From the NCBI GenBank assembly GCA_035997375.1, contig DASYIS010000422.1:1380-65379 (forward strand): a stretch of 64,000 bases of DNA, written 5' to 3'. Source of the DNA: Chthoniobacteraceae bacterium (GTDB lineage: Bacteria > Verrucomicrobiota > Verrucomicrobiia > Chthoniobacterales > Chthoniobacteraceae). Below are positions 27,557 to 35,973 of this stretch, in pieces; the stretch's first letter is position 1; every line of letters starts with the position of its first letter. Made by a program: the position numbers and the translations under genes. The notes beneath the pieces were generated by a model that made no database searches, had not been told where the DNA came from, and saw only the letters and a program-made list of their open reading frames with translations.

Positions 27557-28306
27557 TCAGAAGCGTGGCTGCTTGCGGTGGCCGTCCCAGTTCTCACCCC
27601 ATTTGGGCGCCTGCGCGGCCAGGTGATAGACGAACCCGGTGGGGAGCAGGCGGCGGTGCGACTCGGGCCAGCTCGCGGCGAACATCACGTCGTCATGCGC
27701 GGCGGTGCCGAGCGAGTAGGGATACGGCTTTTGCGCGTGGGCGTGCCAGAGCTGGAAAAAGCCGATCGGCACGTAGCCGCGCAGAGGATCCACGTACCGC
27801 GCGCCCGGGGGCGCATGGTGCCGCGGGTTGACCAGGCAACGCCACGCGGCCTGGGGTTCGCGGTGGAGCTCCTTCCGGAGCTTAGCCAGGGCGTCGCGGC
27901 CGACCACGTCGACGCGATCGCAGCCGTAGATGCAGGAGCGCTCCAGGTGGCTGTGATTGAAGAGCAGCCGGCGGAAGTTATCCGGGACGACAATGTCGGC
28001 GTCCAGGTGCATGCGCCAGCCGTGGAACTGGAAACGGTCGAAGCCGGCGTTGATCGCGGCGCCCTTGTTGAACTTGCGGCCGTTCTTCTTGAACAGATCC
28101 GTCTGCACGCAATGGGCGCCGTGTTTCTGCGCGCATTTCTGGGTCGCTTTGTCCTCGTGGCTGGTGACGACGATGAAGCTGTCGAAATGCGCGTGGTTGA
28201 GCGAGAGGGTGACGTCGAGGATATCGTCGAAGCCGACGCAACAGGTGACGCCCTCGAGGCGGAGGGATTCGTCGCAAGCGGGCGTGGTGGGAGAGGCGTA
28301 TTCCAT
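27557..28306 (-). CDS. Glycosyltransferase-like protein (GT2/GT-A-like, 249 aa) embedded in the head-tail module
   Basis: VVTSHEDK..NKGAAINAGF..HLDADIVVPDNF (DxD) is typical of GT-A fold transferases. CT-rich leader upstream. Confidence 0.65.
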   Translation of the reverse strand: MEYASPTTPACDESLRLEGVTCCVGFDDILDVTLSLNHAHFDSFIVVTSHEDKATQKCAQKHGAHCVQTDLFKKNGRKFNKGAAINAGFDRFQFHGWRMHLDADIVVPDNFRRLLFNHSHLERSCIYGCDRVDVVGRDALAKLRKELHREPQAAWRCLVNPRHHAPPGARYVDPLRGYVPIGFFQLWHAHAQKPYPYSLGTAAHDDVMFAASWPESHRRLLPTGFVYHLAAQAPKWGENWDGHRKQPRF

Positions 28307-28345
28307 TGGAGGAAGATTAAGAGGAAGAGGAAGATTCGGGAACGC

Positions 28346-28669
28346 TTAGGCGTTCACCGTGCCGAGGGCGAAGCGGTAGGTGAGCTCGTCGGTATCGACG
28401 GGGCCGACGATGCGCAGAGTTTTGCTGTCGCTCGAGCGGGTGACTTTGAGACCCTGGCGGGGCGTGACGGTGAAGAGCGTCTTTTTCGCGTCGACCGTGG
28501 CGTGGATCTTCACGCGCTTGCCCTGGATCTCGACTTCCTCGGCAATCTCAAGCTGCGTCCAGTTGCCGGCGATCGCGGCGACCTGGCCCTCGATCGTGAA
28601 CGAGGTCTCGCCGAACATCTCCCCAATCAGGTCGATGGCGGAGCTGATGAGGTCGAGTCCGGCGGGCAT
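28346..28669 (-). CDS. Head-tail region hypothetical protein (107 aa)
   Basis: Operon orientation; tight spacing. Confidence 0.65.
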   Translation of the reverse strand: MPAGLDLISSAIDLIGEMFGETSFTIEGQVAAIAGNWTQLEIAEEVEIQGKRVKIHATVDAKKTLFTVTPRQGLKVTRSSDSKTLRIVGPVDTDELTYRFALGTVNA

Positions 28670-28672
28670 GGC

Positions 28673-29137
28673 TCAGCTCCACTTCGTGTACGTCGAGCCG
28701 GCCTTGCCCGGGACTTCGCACAGGGCGATCAGTTTTTCAGCGCGCGCCGGCGTGAGCACCTTGGGAACAACCAGGGCGAAAGCCTCGCAGGGAGGATAGC
28801 TGATAACTTTGCCGAAGAGCGTGCGAAACGCCGCGCCGGAGAGTTTGCGGGCATCCTTCTCGTTTTCCGCGGCGAGCGCGTAGGAAGTCTTTCCCTGGCT
28901 TTGATTGATGACGTGGCAGACAGGCGCTTTGCCGTCGACCAGCGTGCCGAAGTGCTTGGCGATTCCGACGCCGATAAGATCCTTCTCGATGCGCTTGAGC
29001 TCCAGGCCCTTCGCCGCAATCTCCAGGCGGAGCGCGGCGCCGGCGTCGACCAACTCGGCGACCGAGCGCGTCTCGAGGATGGGGCCGTCACCAGGCACGC
29101 CGATCAGCAGAGGCTGAGAAGAATCTTGGGCGGGCAT
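28673..29137 (-). CDS. Head-tail region hypothetical protein (154 aa)
   Basis: Operon orientation; tight spacing. Confidence 0.65.
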   Translation of the reverse strand: MPAQDSSQPLLIGVPGDGPILETRSVAELVDAGAALRLEIAAKGLELKRIEKDLIGVGIAKHFGTLVDGKAPVCHVINQSQGKTSYALAAENEKDARKLSGAAFRTLFGKVISYPPCEAFALVVPKVLTPARAEKLIALCEVPGKAGSTYTKWS

Positions 29138-29232
29138 GGTGATTTAGGAAAAAAAGGCCTGGGCGCCGAAGCTCGAGCGGCGAGCAAATGGTAGGTAGGT
29201 GTCCCGTGAGTTCGGGCGCCCAGGCTGAGTGT

Positions 29233-29526
29233 TTAGGGGGAAGCGGGTTTCGCACCTTTTGGTGCGGGCTTGCGGCGGGGCGTATCCGCCCCAGGTGCCG
29301 ACGGCGCGGCACCCTCCATGGCGGCAGCCGGCGGTGAGAATTTGCGGCGCTTCACGCAGCCCTCGTCGCTGGTCCAGAGCTCGAGCTCCGCGTACTCGGG
29401 ATGCTCGCGGGTGCGGGTGGCGGCCCGGAAGACCTGCTGCTGCTCGCGGATCGGGACCGCGGGGCCGGCGAGGACTTCGGGCGCGTCCTCCTCGTGACGG
29501 CGGCCAATGGTGACGGCGGTGCGCAT
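29233..29526 (-). CDS. Hypothetical phage head-module protein (97 aa)
   Basis: ORF in operon orientation. Confidence 0.5.
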   Translation of the reverse strand: MRTAVTIGRRHEEDAPEVLAGPAVPIREQQQVFRAATRTREHPEYAELELWTSDEGCVKRRKFSPPAAAMEGAAPSAPGADTPRRKPAPKGAKPASP

Positions 29527-29583
29527 GGATCAGTGATTTGAGGAACGCCCCGGCCGTGTGTTACCGCGCCACCGGGAAATTGA

Positions 29584-29889
29584 TTACGCGGCGCCCTTGA
29601 TGCCGCCGATGGCGACCAGGTCGGTGCGCAACTTGTTGACGAGCGCCGCCATGGCGACGTTGTCCGCAATGACGGCGTTGAGCGCGGTTTTCAGCGCGTT
29701 GGCCAGCGTCTGCGTGGTGCCGGCGTCGGAGCCGTTGGCGGTCGCAACCGTCGCGGCCGTGAGGGTGACGGCCGCTTGTGCGGCGCCGGACGGCTGCACG
29801 ACGGGCGTGGCGCCGAAGAGGCCGATTTTCTGCGAGGCCGCGGTGCCGATCTTGTAGCCGGCCGCGGTGTTTTTGACTTGGGTGCCCAT
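29584..29889 (-). CDS. Ala/Thr-rich small head protein (101 aa), possible decoration/accessory capsid protein
   Basis: Immediately follows the major capsid gene. Assignment is by position only. Confidence 0.55.
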   Translation of the reverse strand: MGTQVKNTAAGYKIGTAASQKIGLFGATPVVQPSGAAQAAVTLTAATVATANGSDAGTTQTLANALKTALNAVIADNVAMAALVNKLRTDLVAIGGIKGAA

Positions 29890-29949
29890 AGAGTTAGAAA
29901 ATTATCGTTTAGGTAATGTGGCTGATTCGCTGATTCGCTGATTGACCGT

Positions 29950-30858
29950 TTAAGCGCTGGTGACGCGCTTGATCTGCTGGGCATCGCCCTTCGCGCAGCC
30001 GTAGCTGACCTCGACGATGCGTTTGCCCTTATCGAGGTTCGGGTCGCCCCAAGCTTTGTAGGTGAGCGTGAGGTTGGTCTTCGGGTCGGTGACGACGCGG
30101 TAGTCGCTGAGCTGGCTCATGACCTCCGAGCTCGGCGCGATCGGCGCGTTCGCAATGAGAATGCCGGACTGCAGCGCGGCAACGCCCTTGAGGTTTTCGC
30201 CGTTGGCCGGGAAGCCCGGCACGTCGTAGAGATCGAAGCCGGAGACGCGGCCGACCACGCCTTCGCGCAGGGTCATATCGGAGCCGGAAGCCGACGCGTT
30301 CTTGAGCGCTTGGTCTTTCTTCAACGGCGTCGTGTACGTGTTGTCCAGGATGAGCGCGCGGCCGACGCTGGGCCAGAGGAGCGTGGTGAGGGCCTCATCG
30401 ATGTCGACGATCTCGTCGGAGTCGAAGCCGGCGGCGCCGCCGGTGTAGATCGGGTCGCCGAAGTTGGCCGCGGTGACCAGGCCCAGGATATCGGTGACGA
30501 TGTCCGCGGCGAGGCGGTCGGTTTTCTGCGCCATGCCCTCGGCGAGCACGTCGAGCGGGAGGCCGATGAGCTCCCGGCTGGTGAAGCTGAGGGACTGGTA
30601 CTTGCGGCGGTCGACCGTGACCGGCTGCATGGTCACGTCGAAATCGCCGTCCTCGTAGCCGACGTCCTCGTCGAAATCCTTGGAGGCCATCTGCTCGAGC
30701 GAGATGACGGGAACGCGCACCGTCTTATCCAGCGCGAGGTCGCCCGTCTGGAACGTGTGGGAGAATCGCGTGAGCGGGGCCAGGCGCAGCGCGAGCTGGC
30801 GGATGACCATGTTCAGGATTTTGTCGAGCTTGAGACTGGAGGCGGCGGAGAGGGCCAT
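29950..30858 (-). CDS. Major capsid protein (302 aa)
   Basis: Follows the protease-scaffold as in lambda/HK97-like head modules. 57-nt polypyrimidine leader. Size is typical. Confidence 0.75.
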   Translation of the reverse strand: MALSAASSLKLDKILNMVIRQLALRLAPLTRFSHTFQTGDLALDKTVRVPVISLEQMASKDFDEDVGYEDGDFDVTMQPVTVDRRKYQSLSFTSRELIGLPLDVLAEGMAQKTDRLAADIVTDILGLVTAANFGDPIYTGGAAGFDSDEIVDIDEALTTLLWPSVGRALILDNTYTTPLKKDQALKNASASGSDMTLREGVVGRVSGFDLYDVPGFPANGENLKGVAALQSGILIANAPIAPSSEVMSQLSDYRVVTDPKTNLTLTYKAWGDPNLDKGKRIVEVSYGCAKGDAQQIKRVTSA

Positions 30859-30915
30859 GGTGGGGAGGAGGGGGAGAGCGGGAGGGTGGGAGAGCGGGAG
30901 AGGCTTGAGCGGCGC

Positions 30916-32046
30916 TTACCGGGCGGCGGATTGGGCGGCGTCCCAGGCGACGGCCGCGGCGTCGAGCTTGTCGCCGTGCTTGGCGCGCATCTCGGCTTTG
31001 GCGATCGGGTCCGCGGCCTGGTAGGATTCCCAGAGCGCGACCGGGTCGGCCTTGTTGGCGTCGAGGATCTCCGGCGCGTCCTTCTCGGCGGTGATGCCGT
31101 TGCGGGCGAGGCGCTCGAGCTTGCCGTCGGCTTTCGCCTTGGCGGTGACCAGGCCGGCCTTCTCGCTTTCCAGCGCGGTCACTTTGCCCGTCTCGATCGA
31201 GAGTTTGCCGGTGAGATCGGCGACCTTCGCGGTCTCCGCGGTGAGCTTATTCGTCAGGTCGAGCTTGTCGGCCTCGAGCGCGGTGGCCTTGGCGGTCTCC
31301 GCGGTGAGCCTGGCCGTCAGGTCGGTGACCTTCGCGGTTTCGGCGGTGAACTGACTGGTGAGTTGCGCGACTTGCGCGGTGAGGGCGGCGAGATCCATTT
31401 GGGAGGCGGTGGTGTGCGCGTTGGCGGACGCCTCTCCCGGCATGTCAACGGCGGGCGCATTCGCGAAAAGTTTGGTGAGGTCGAAGAAGGCTTTCGGGTC
31501 GGTGACGCGATCGGTGATCTCGTCGACGAAGCCCCATTCCTTCGCCTCGTCGGCCGACAGCCAGGTGACGTCGTCCATGGCCTGCTGGATCTCGGCGGCC
31601 GGCTTGCCCGTCTTGGCGACATAGGCGGCCACGAGCGTGCCCTTCATTTTGTCGAGCAGGTCCGCGGTCTTGCGGAGATCCCCCGCATCCCCAGACACGT
31701 AATTCGCGCTCGGGTTGTGGATCATGAAGAGCCCGTTTTCCGCCATCTTCACCGGCGCGCCGCACGTGCTGAGCAGGGTCGCCATGCTGGCGCAGAGGGC
31801 GTCGATCTGGACGGTGATGCCGCCCTTGTGCCGGCGCAGCGCATTGGCGATCGCGTTGCCCTCGACGACGCTCCCGCCCGGCGAATTGAGACGGAGCAGG
31901 ACGCGCTTGCCGGTGTGTTTCTTCAGCTCGGCGTTGAACGCCTTGGAGCCAACGCCATAGGCGCCGATCTCATCGAGGATGGCGATCTCGACGGAATCCG
32001 CGGCGGCGTTGCGGATGCGGTACCAGGACTGGGCGGGCTCGGACAT
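30916..32046 (-). CDS. Head maturation protease (S49/ClpP-like) fused to a coiled-coil scaffold with a C-terminal capsid-binding-type module (lambda C/Nu3-like)
   Basis: LRLNSPGGSVVEGNAI..MAENGLFMIHNP (S49/ClpP serine protease). TAETAKV coiled-coil repeats. C-terminal PVALWESYQAADPIAKAEMRAKHGDKLDAAAVAWD. Confidence 0.85.
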   Translation of the reverse strand: MSEPAQSWYRIRNAAADSVEIAILDEIGAYGVGSKAFNAELKKHTGKRVLLRLNSPGGSVVEGNAIANALRRHKGGITVQIDALCASMATLLSTCGAPVKMAENGLFMIHNPSANYVSGDAGDLRKTADLLDKMKGTLVAAYVAKTGKPAAEIQQAMDDVTWLSADEAKEWGFVDEITDRVTDPKAFFDLTKLFANAPAVDMPGEASANAHTTASQMDLAALTAQVAQLTSQFTAETAKVTDLTARLTAETAKATALEADKLDLTNKLTAETAKVADLTGKLSIETGKVTALESEKAGLVTAKAKADGKLERLARNGITAEKDAPEILDANKADPVALWESYQAADPIAKAEMRAKHGDKLDAAAVAWDAAQSAAR

Positions 32047-32103
32047 TTGTCCGAGGGGCCGCTGTCAATGGACAGACATCGTCGCGCGGCTTAAATCTAC
32101 CGA

Positions 32104-32289
32104 ATGGAACTCCGCCACGTTCTGCCAGTTACCCGCCAACCCGCTGAAGGCGGTCGCTGTTCGCGGTGCCACCGCGTCACCTTCAGTCGCGACCTCGGGC
32201 AAGTCTGCTCTATGACTCAGCCGGATGGAACCCAATGCAAAGGCATTTTCGTGCCGTCAGACGCGATCCCCGATTACACCGTGATCTGA
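32104..32289 (+). CDS. Possible small zinc-ribbon protein (61 aa) on the opposite strand
   Basis: CSRC..(17)..C-x8-C. Lies in a 260-nt gap in the minus-strand operon. Weak support. Confidence 0.3.
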   Translation: MELRHVLPVTRQPAEGGRCSRCHRVTFSRDLGQVCSMTQPDGTQCKGIFVPSDAIPDYTVI

Positions 32290-32306
32290 CCCGCCGGAGC
32301 TGGGGC

Positions 32307-32504
32307 CTAAGTAAAACGCATGCAGGGCGGCTCCGGGGGGACGCGGAGGGGGCGCTCCTTTTGCTCTTTGACGATCAGGTTCAGGACTTCGGCGGCTTCC
32401 GCGATGTTGCCCATGACCTGGAGGTAGCCGTCCTCCCCGACCATGACGAATGAGCTGACGAGGCCTTCGCGGTCGAAACAATGGATCTCGGCGCGGGCGG
32501 ACAT
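32307..32504 (-). CDS. Small hypothetical protein (65 aa) between portal and protease
   Basis: Start abuts the portal stop at 32505. Confidence 0.5.
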   Translation of the reverse strand: MSARAEIHCFDREGLVSSFVMVGEDGYLQVMGNIAEAAEVLNLIVKEQKERPLRVPPEPPCMRFT

Positions 32505-33521
32505 TTACGCGGCCTCCTTTTTCTTTTTCTCCGCGGCGGGGTCGACGACGTCTTCTTGCGACGGATCGACGGCCGCTGGAGCGGCGCCGCCGGCGCCGGG
32601 CATGCCGGCGCGCCAGAGCTTGAGCGCCCATTCGGCTTTCATCGCCTTCGCGATTTGCTGGGCGTAGGCGAACTCGCGGAACCACTGCTTGACCATGTGG
32701 CGCCAGCCGCGGCCGCGGCGGGAGTTGACGGAGTCGAGCGTCTCGACGCCGCTGGCGAGCTGGGCGATCTCGGCGAGGGCGTCGCCGCGATCGATGCTCA
32801 TCTGGCCCGGGAGCTGGAACTCGACGTGGTTCATCCATTCGTCGTCGACGTCTTCGACCCAGGTCTCGACAGCTTCGGTCTCCGGATCGGCGGTGAGCGA
32901 CGCGGGGGTGGGCGGCGTGCAGACGCGCTTGAGCGGCCGGCGCAGTTTGCCGGTCTCGATGCGATGCTGCAGGTAGCGGGTGATCCAGGGGCTGCAGAGA
33001 TGGCCGATCTCCGAGTCGCCCATGATCTCGAAGAAATAGCCGGCCTTCTCGATAACGAAGCGCTGCCCGGCGCCGGACAGATCCGCGCAGGCCCAGAAGA
33101 AGTCGCTGCCGGCGCCGCCCAGGGAGGAGAGGCCGTCGCGCATGAGGACATCGCGGATAAACGGCTCGACGAGGGGCGAGGGCGACTCCGGCGTGATGAA
33201 CTTGGCGTCGCCGTTTTCGTCGGTGTAGATGATGGCGCCGCCGCCGGCGAGTTTCTCGTACTGCGCCTGCTCGTTCTTCGGCCCGTCGGGCGGCGGCGTG
33301 GCATCGCCGCCCATGCTCTGGGCGAGGCTGCGGAGCTTGGCCACGCCGCCCTGGCCGCCGGCCTTGACGAGCTTTTTGATGTGGAGACCGATCGAGGAAT
33401 TCTGCTTGGCCGTCTTGGTGACGATGCGGACCAGGTCGCGCGTGTCGCACATGGGGGCGATGGCTTGGGCGAAGTCGGAGGTGCCGCGGACCTGGTTTGC
33501 GCCGTCGGCGTGGTACCAGTG
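32505..33521 (-). CDS. Portal protein (lambda gpB family), C-terminal 338 codons; 5' part displaced by the nested element
   Basis: The frame is open from 33521: HWYHADGANQVRGTSDFAQAIAP-MCDTRDL... It is in frame with the track ORF 32505..33452 and continues the sequence that ends at 43573. Confidence 0.85.
   Translation of the reverse strand, partial: HWYHADGANQVRGTSDFAQAIAPMCDTRDLVRIVTKTAKQNSSIGLHIKKLVKAGGQGGVAKLRSLAQSMGGDATPPPDGPKNEQAQYEKLAGGGAIIYTDENGDAKFITPESPSPLVEPFIRDVLMRDGLSSLGGAGSDFFWACADLSGAGQRFVIEKAGYFFEIMGDSEIGHLCSPWITRYLQHRIETGKLRRPLKRVCTPPTPASLTADPETEAVETWVEDVDDEWMNHVEFQLPGQMSIDRGDALAEIAQLASGVETLDSVNSRRGRGWRHMVKQWFREFAYAQQIAKAMKAEWALKLWRAGMPGAGGAAPAAVDPSQEDVVDPAAEKKKKEAA
33514..33521. 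repeat. Left att core copy TACCAGTG
   Basis: Identical octamer at 43571-43578; the flanks diverge immediately on both sides. Confidence 0.8.
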
Positions 33522-33573
33522 CCGAGGAAATCCCCTAGGAAAACCAATCCGTTCCGGTTTTTGTACCGGTTTT

Positions 33574-35181
33574 TCAGTGCCCGGCTTGCGCGGTCTTCAA
33601 CTCTTTCGGGGTCGTGCCCGCATCGATGCGCACGATCTTCGCGCCATCGGTTTTCTTGGTTTCGCGAATGTCGGCAACGTCCTTGCAGCGATCCAGGTAG
33701 CGCTGAACTGCCTCGGGGTTATCGAGAGGCCAGCCGGCCGCGATCCAATGCTTCACCCGCGCCACTGAAACCTTGTAGGTCGATGCATACTCGGCGGCGG
33801 TCCTTTCGTACTCGCGGCGCTCCAGTTTGGACATGGCCTCGCGGTCGTCCAAAGGCCGCCCTTTGTGAATCCAACGAGCGATGCACTGCGGCGTCACCGC
33901 ATACTCGACGGCATACTCGGCAACGGTTTTTTGGTAGCCGCCTGCGGTGACGGGTTGGAAGCGGTTCGTGAGCGGGTCCCTGGCGCGCAAATTGGCGAAT
34001 CGCATATCTGGCGTGTTCCCAAGCGCGAGGTCCAAAACGCGCGCCGGCTCGGCGGGATGGAGGTTCCAGAAACGGGCCGCGTCAAACTCACGCACGAGCT
34101 GGCGATAATGGCCGAAGATCATGGCGGTGCCGGCGTGCCCCATCTCCAGCGCCAGCTCGGCGGCGTTCTTGAAGTGCGCGAGATGATACGAAGCGAACGA
34201 ATGGCGAAGCGCGTTTTTCGGCCACGCTCCAATCTCCGCCCGCTGACACAACTCGGCGATTCTCAGGTGAATGATTGTGGGCGCCGTCACGACCGGCCCT
34301 GATTCTTGCGCCACCGGCCGTAGCCAAGCGGCGAGGACCGGCTGAATTTTGACCAATCGACGTTGTGAGGTTTTCGACTTCGCCGCGGTCACTTCGATGA
34401 AGCCGTCTTCAAAGTCGACTTCCGACCAATCGAGCCGGCAAATCTCGGCGCACCGCAAGCCGGCAAACGCTCCGATTGCGGCATAGGCGAGCACCTGCGG
34501 GGTGGCGGCTTTGAGCAAGGCTTCGAGCTGGTCCACGGTGAGAATGCCGACGGGCGTATCCTTTTCCTTGAACAGCGCCACGCCCTGCCACGGATTCGCG
34601 GCGGCGTAACCTTGCGTGACCGACCAGGTGAAGAAAGCGGAGAGCCCCTTGGCCTGATGATTCTTCGTAATCGGCTCGCCGGGGAGCTTGTGCAGCCATC
34701 CTTCAGCGTGGCGGGCGGTGATCTCGCTTACCCGCAATCCTTCGTGTGCCTCCGCGAATTTCTTACCGAGGGTTTTCAGGTTCCTGAGATGGTCCGCCGA
34801 CACCCGCAGTCTTCGCTTCACGTCGAGATAAAGCGCGAAGGCTTCCGCGATTGAGAGGCTCGCCGCCTGTTGCTTCAGATGCGCCAATAAGAAGGCGGTG
34901 GCATCGTTGATCGTCTTTTCATAAGGGGAGAGCCTGGCGTGGCAATCCTGAGCCATGACGCGCAACCAGGATGGGAAGCTGAGAACCTCGCGGCCTTGGT
35001 TTAGCAGCTCTGTTTCGCGCTGTCGCGCCCACGTTTCGGCCTCTTTGCCCGATGCGAAGAATTTCAGTTTCTCCTTCCCGGCTTCATCCTTCCAAGCGAC
35101 CAACGCTTTTAGATGCGGGCGATTCGCTAGTTTGCACTTGCGAACCCGATACGATGACTTGCTCATGATGTTTGGAAACAA
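33574..35181 (-). CDS. int: Tyrosine recombinase/integrase (535 aa) with two extra C-terminal HTH modules
   Basis: Catalytic signature GLRCAEI (R), ALRHSFAS (HxxR), GHAG..IFGHY (H..Y). C-terminal repeats TVAEYAVEYAVTPQCIARWIHKGRPLDDREAM and TAAEYASTYKVSVARVKHWIAAGWPLDNPEAV. Confidence 0.9.
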   Translation of the reverse strand: MFPNIMSKSSYRVRKCKLANRPHLKALVAWKDEAGKEKLKFFASGKEAETWARQRETELLNQGREVLSFPSWLRVMAQDCHARLSPYEKTINDATAFLLAHLKQQAASLSIAEAFALYLDVKRRLRVSADHLRNLKTLGKKFAEAHEGLRVSEITARHAEGWLHKLPGEPITKNHQAKGLSAFFTWSVTQGYAAANPWQGVALFKEKDTPVGILTVDQLEALLKAATPQVLAYAAIGAFAGLRCAEICRLDWSEVDFEDGFIEVTAAKSKTSQRRLVKIQPVLAAWLRPVAQESGPVVTAPTIIHLRIAELCQRAEIGAWPKNALRHSFASYHLAHFKNAAELALEMGHAGTAMIFGHYRQLVREFDAARFWNLHPAEPARVLDLALGNTPDMRFANLRARDPLTNRFQPVTAGGYQKTVAEYAVEYAVTPQCIARWIHKGRPLDDREAMSKLERREYERTAAEYASTYKVSVARVKHWIAAGWPLDNPEAVQRYLDRCKDVADIRETKKTDGAKIVRIDAGTTPKELKTAQAGH

Positions 35182-35380
35182 AAAGTCCGTGTCCCGGAAG
35201 GCAGAAACCTTCTCGCGCCGAGAATCACCAAGGCGCTATCCAGGACACGGACTTGATTCTCTGTTTTCAATTGTTCGCCCCCGGCCGGTTGATTACTCCG
35301 CGAGGTTGAGACGTGCGCGGCCACCGTTTCTGCGATGCCCGAACTTTGAGAATAGACGATGCGCATCGGCGAAGGGAAGC

Positions 35381-35575
35381 CTACATTTCGCGCACCGTCA
35401 CCTTGGCGAGAGCGGCCTGCACGGCCTGCCAGCTATAGCGCGCGCATTTGCTCCCGAGTTTCACGACCGGAATCAGTCGGCGCGCCTGCATCTTTTTAAC
35501 CCCAGAGACGCTCAACTTGAGACGTTGGGCGAGTTCCTCAATGGTCAAAAATTCTTGGGTGGCGGCGGTGCTCAT
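35381..35575 (-). CDS. xis: Excisionase/MerR-type HTH DNA-binding protein (64 aa)
   Basis: FLTIEELAQRLKLSVSGVKKMQARRLIPVVKLG is the typical excisionase-family HTH. Located directly upstream of int. Confidence 0.75.
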   Translation of the reverse strand: MSTAATQEFLTIEELAQRLKLSVSGVKKMQARRLIPVVKLGSKCARYSWQAVQAALAKVTVREM

Positions 35576-35973
35576 CTAGCCGAGCTGGCGGTGTCAACGG
35601 GAGCCGGTGGGTACCGTGGGGAATTCAGAAAATCTCGCGTTGTGAGCAACGTGTGAATTGACCGGCAGTAGCCGGCGGGCGTAATGTCGCGTCGGCTGCG
35701 GCACTGTGCGTGCGGTGGCCCGCCATCTCAAACGTCGGACTTGTCACCCGTCGAAGGCGAACATGGGAGACGCGCGCCATCCGGCGCGTTGCCTCCCGGT
35801 CAGAGAAACAAAGGCCGTTCCCGATAGCCCTGGGGGTGACTCCCTGGGGTGAAAAACGCACAGTTTCGGGGGCGGCCTTTTTTGTTTCACACGATCGAGA
35901 ACCCAAAACCGCTCCCGTAAAAAACGAAAGCCCGTGTTGCAAGCACGGGCTCTCGAAAAGGGACTCAACTACG

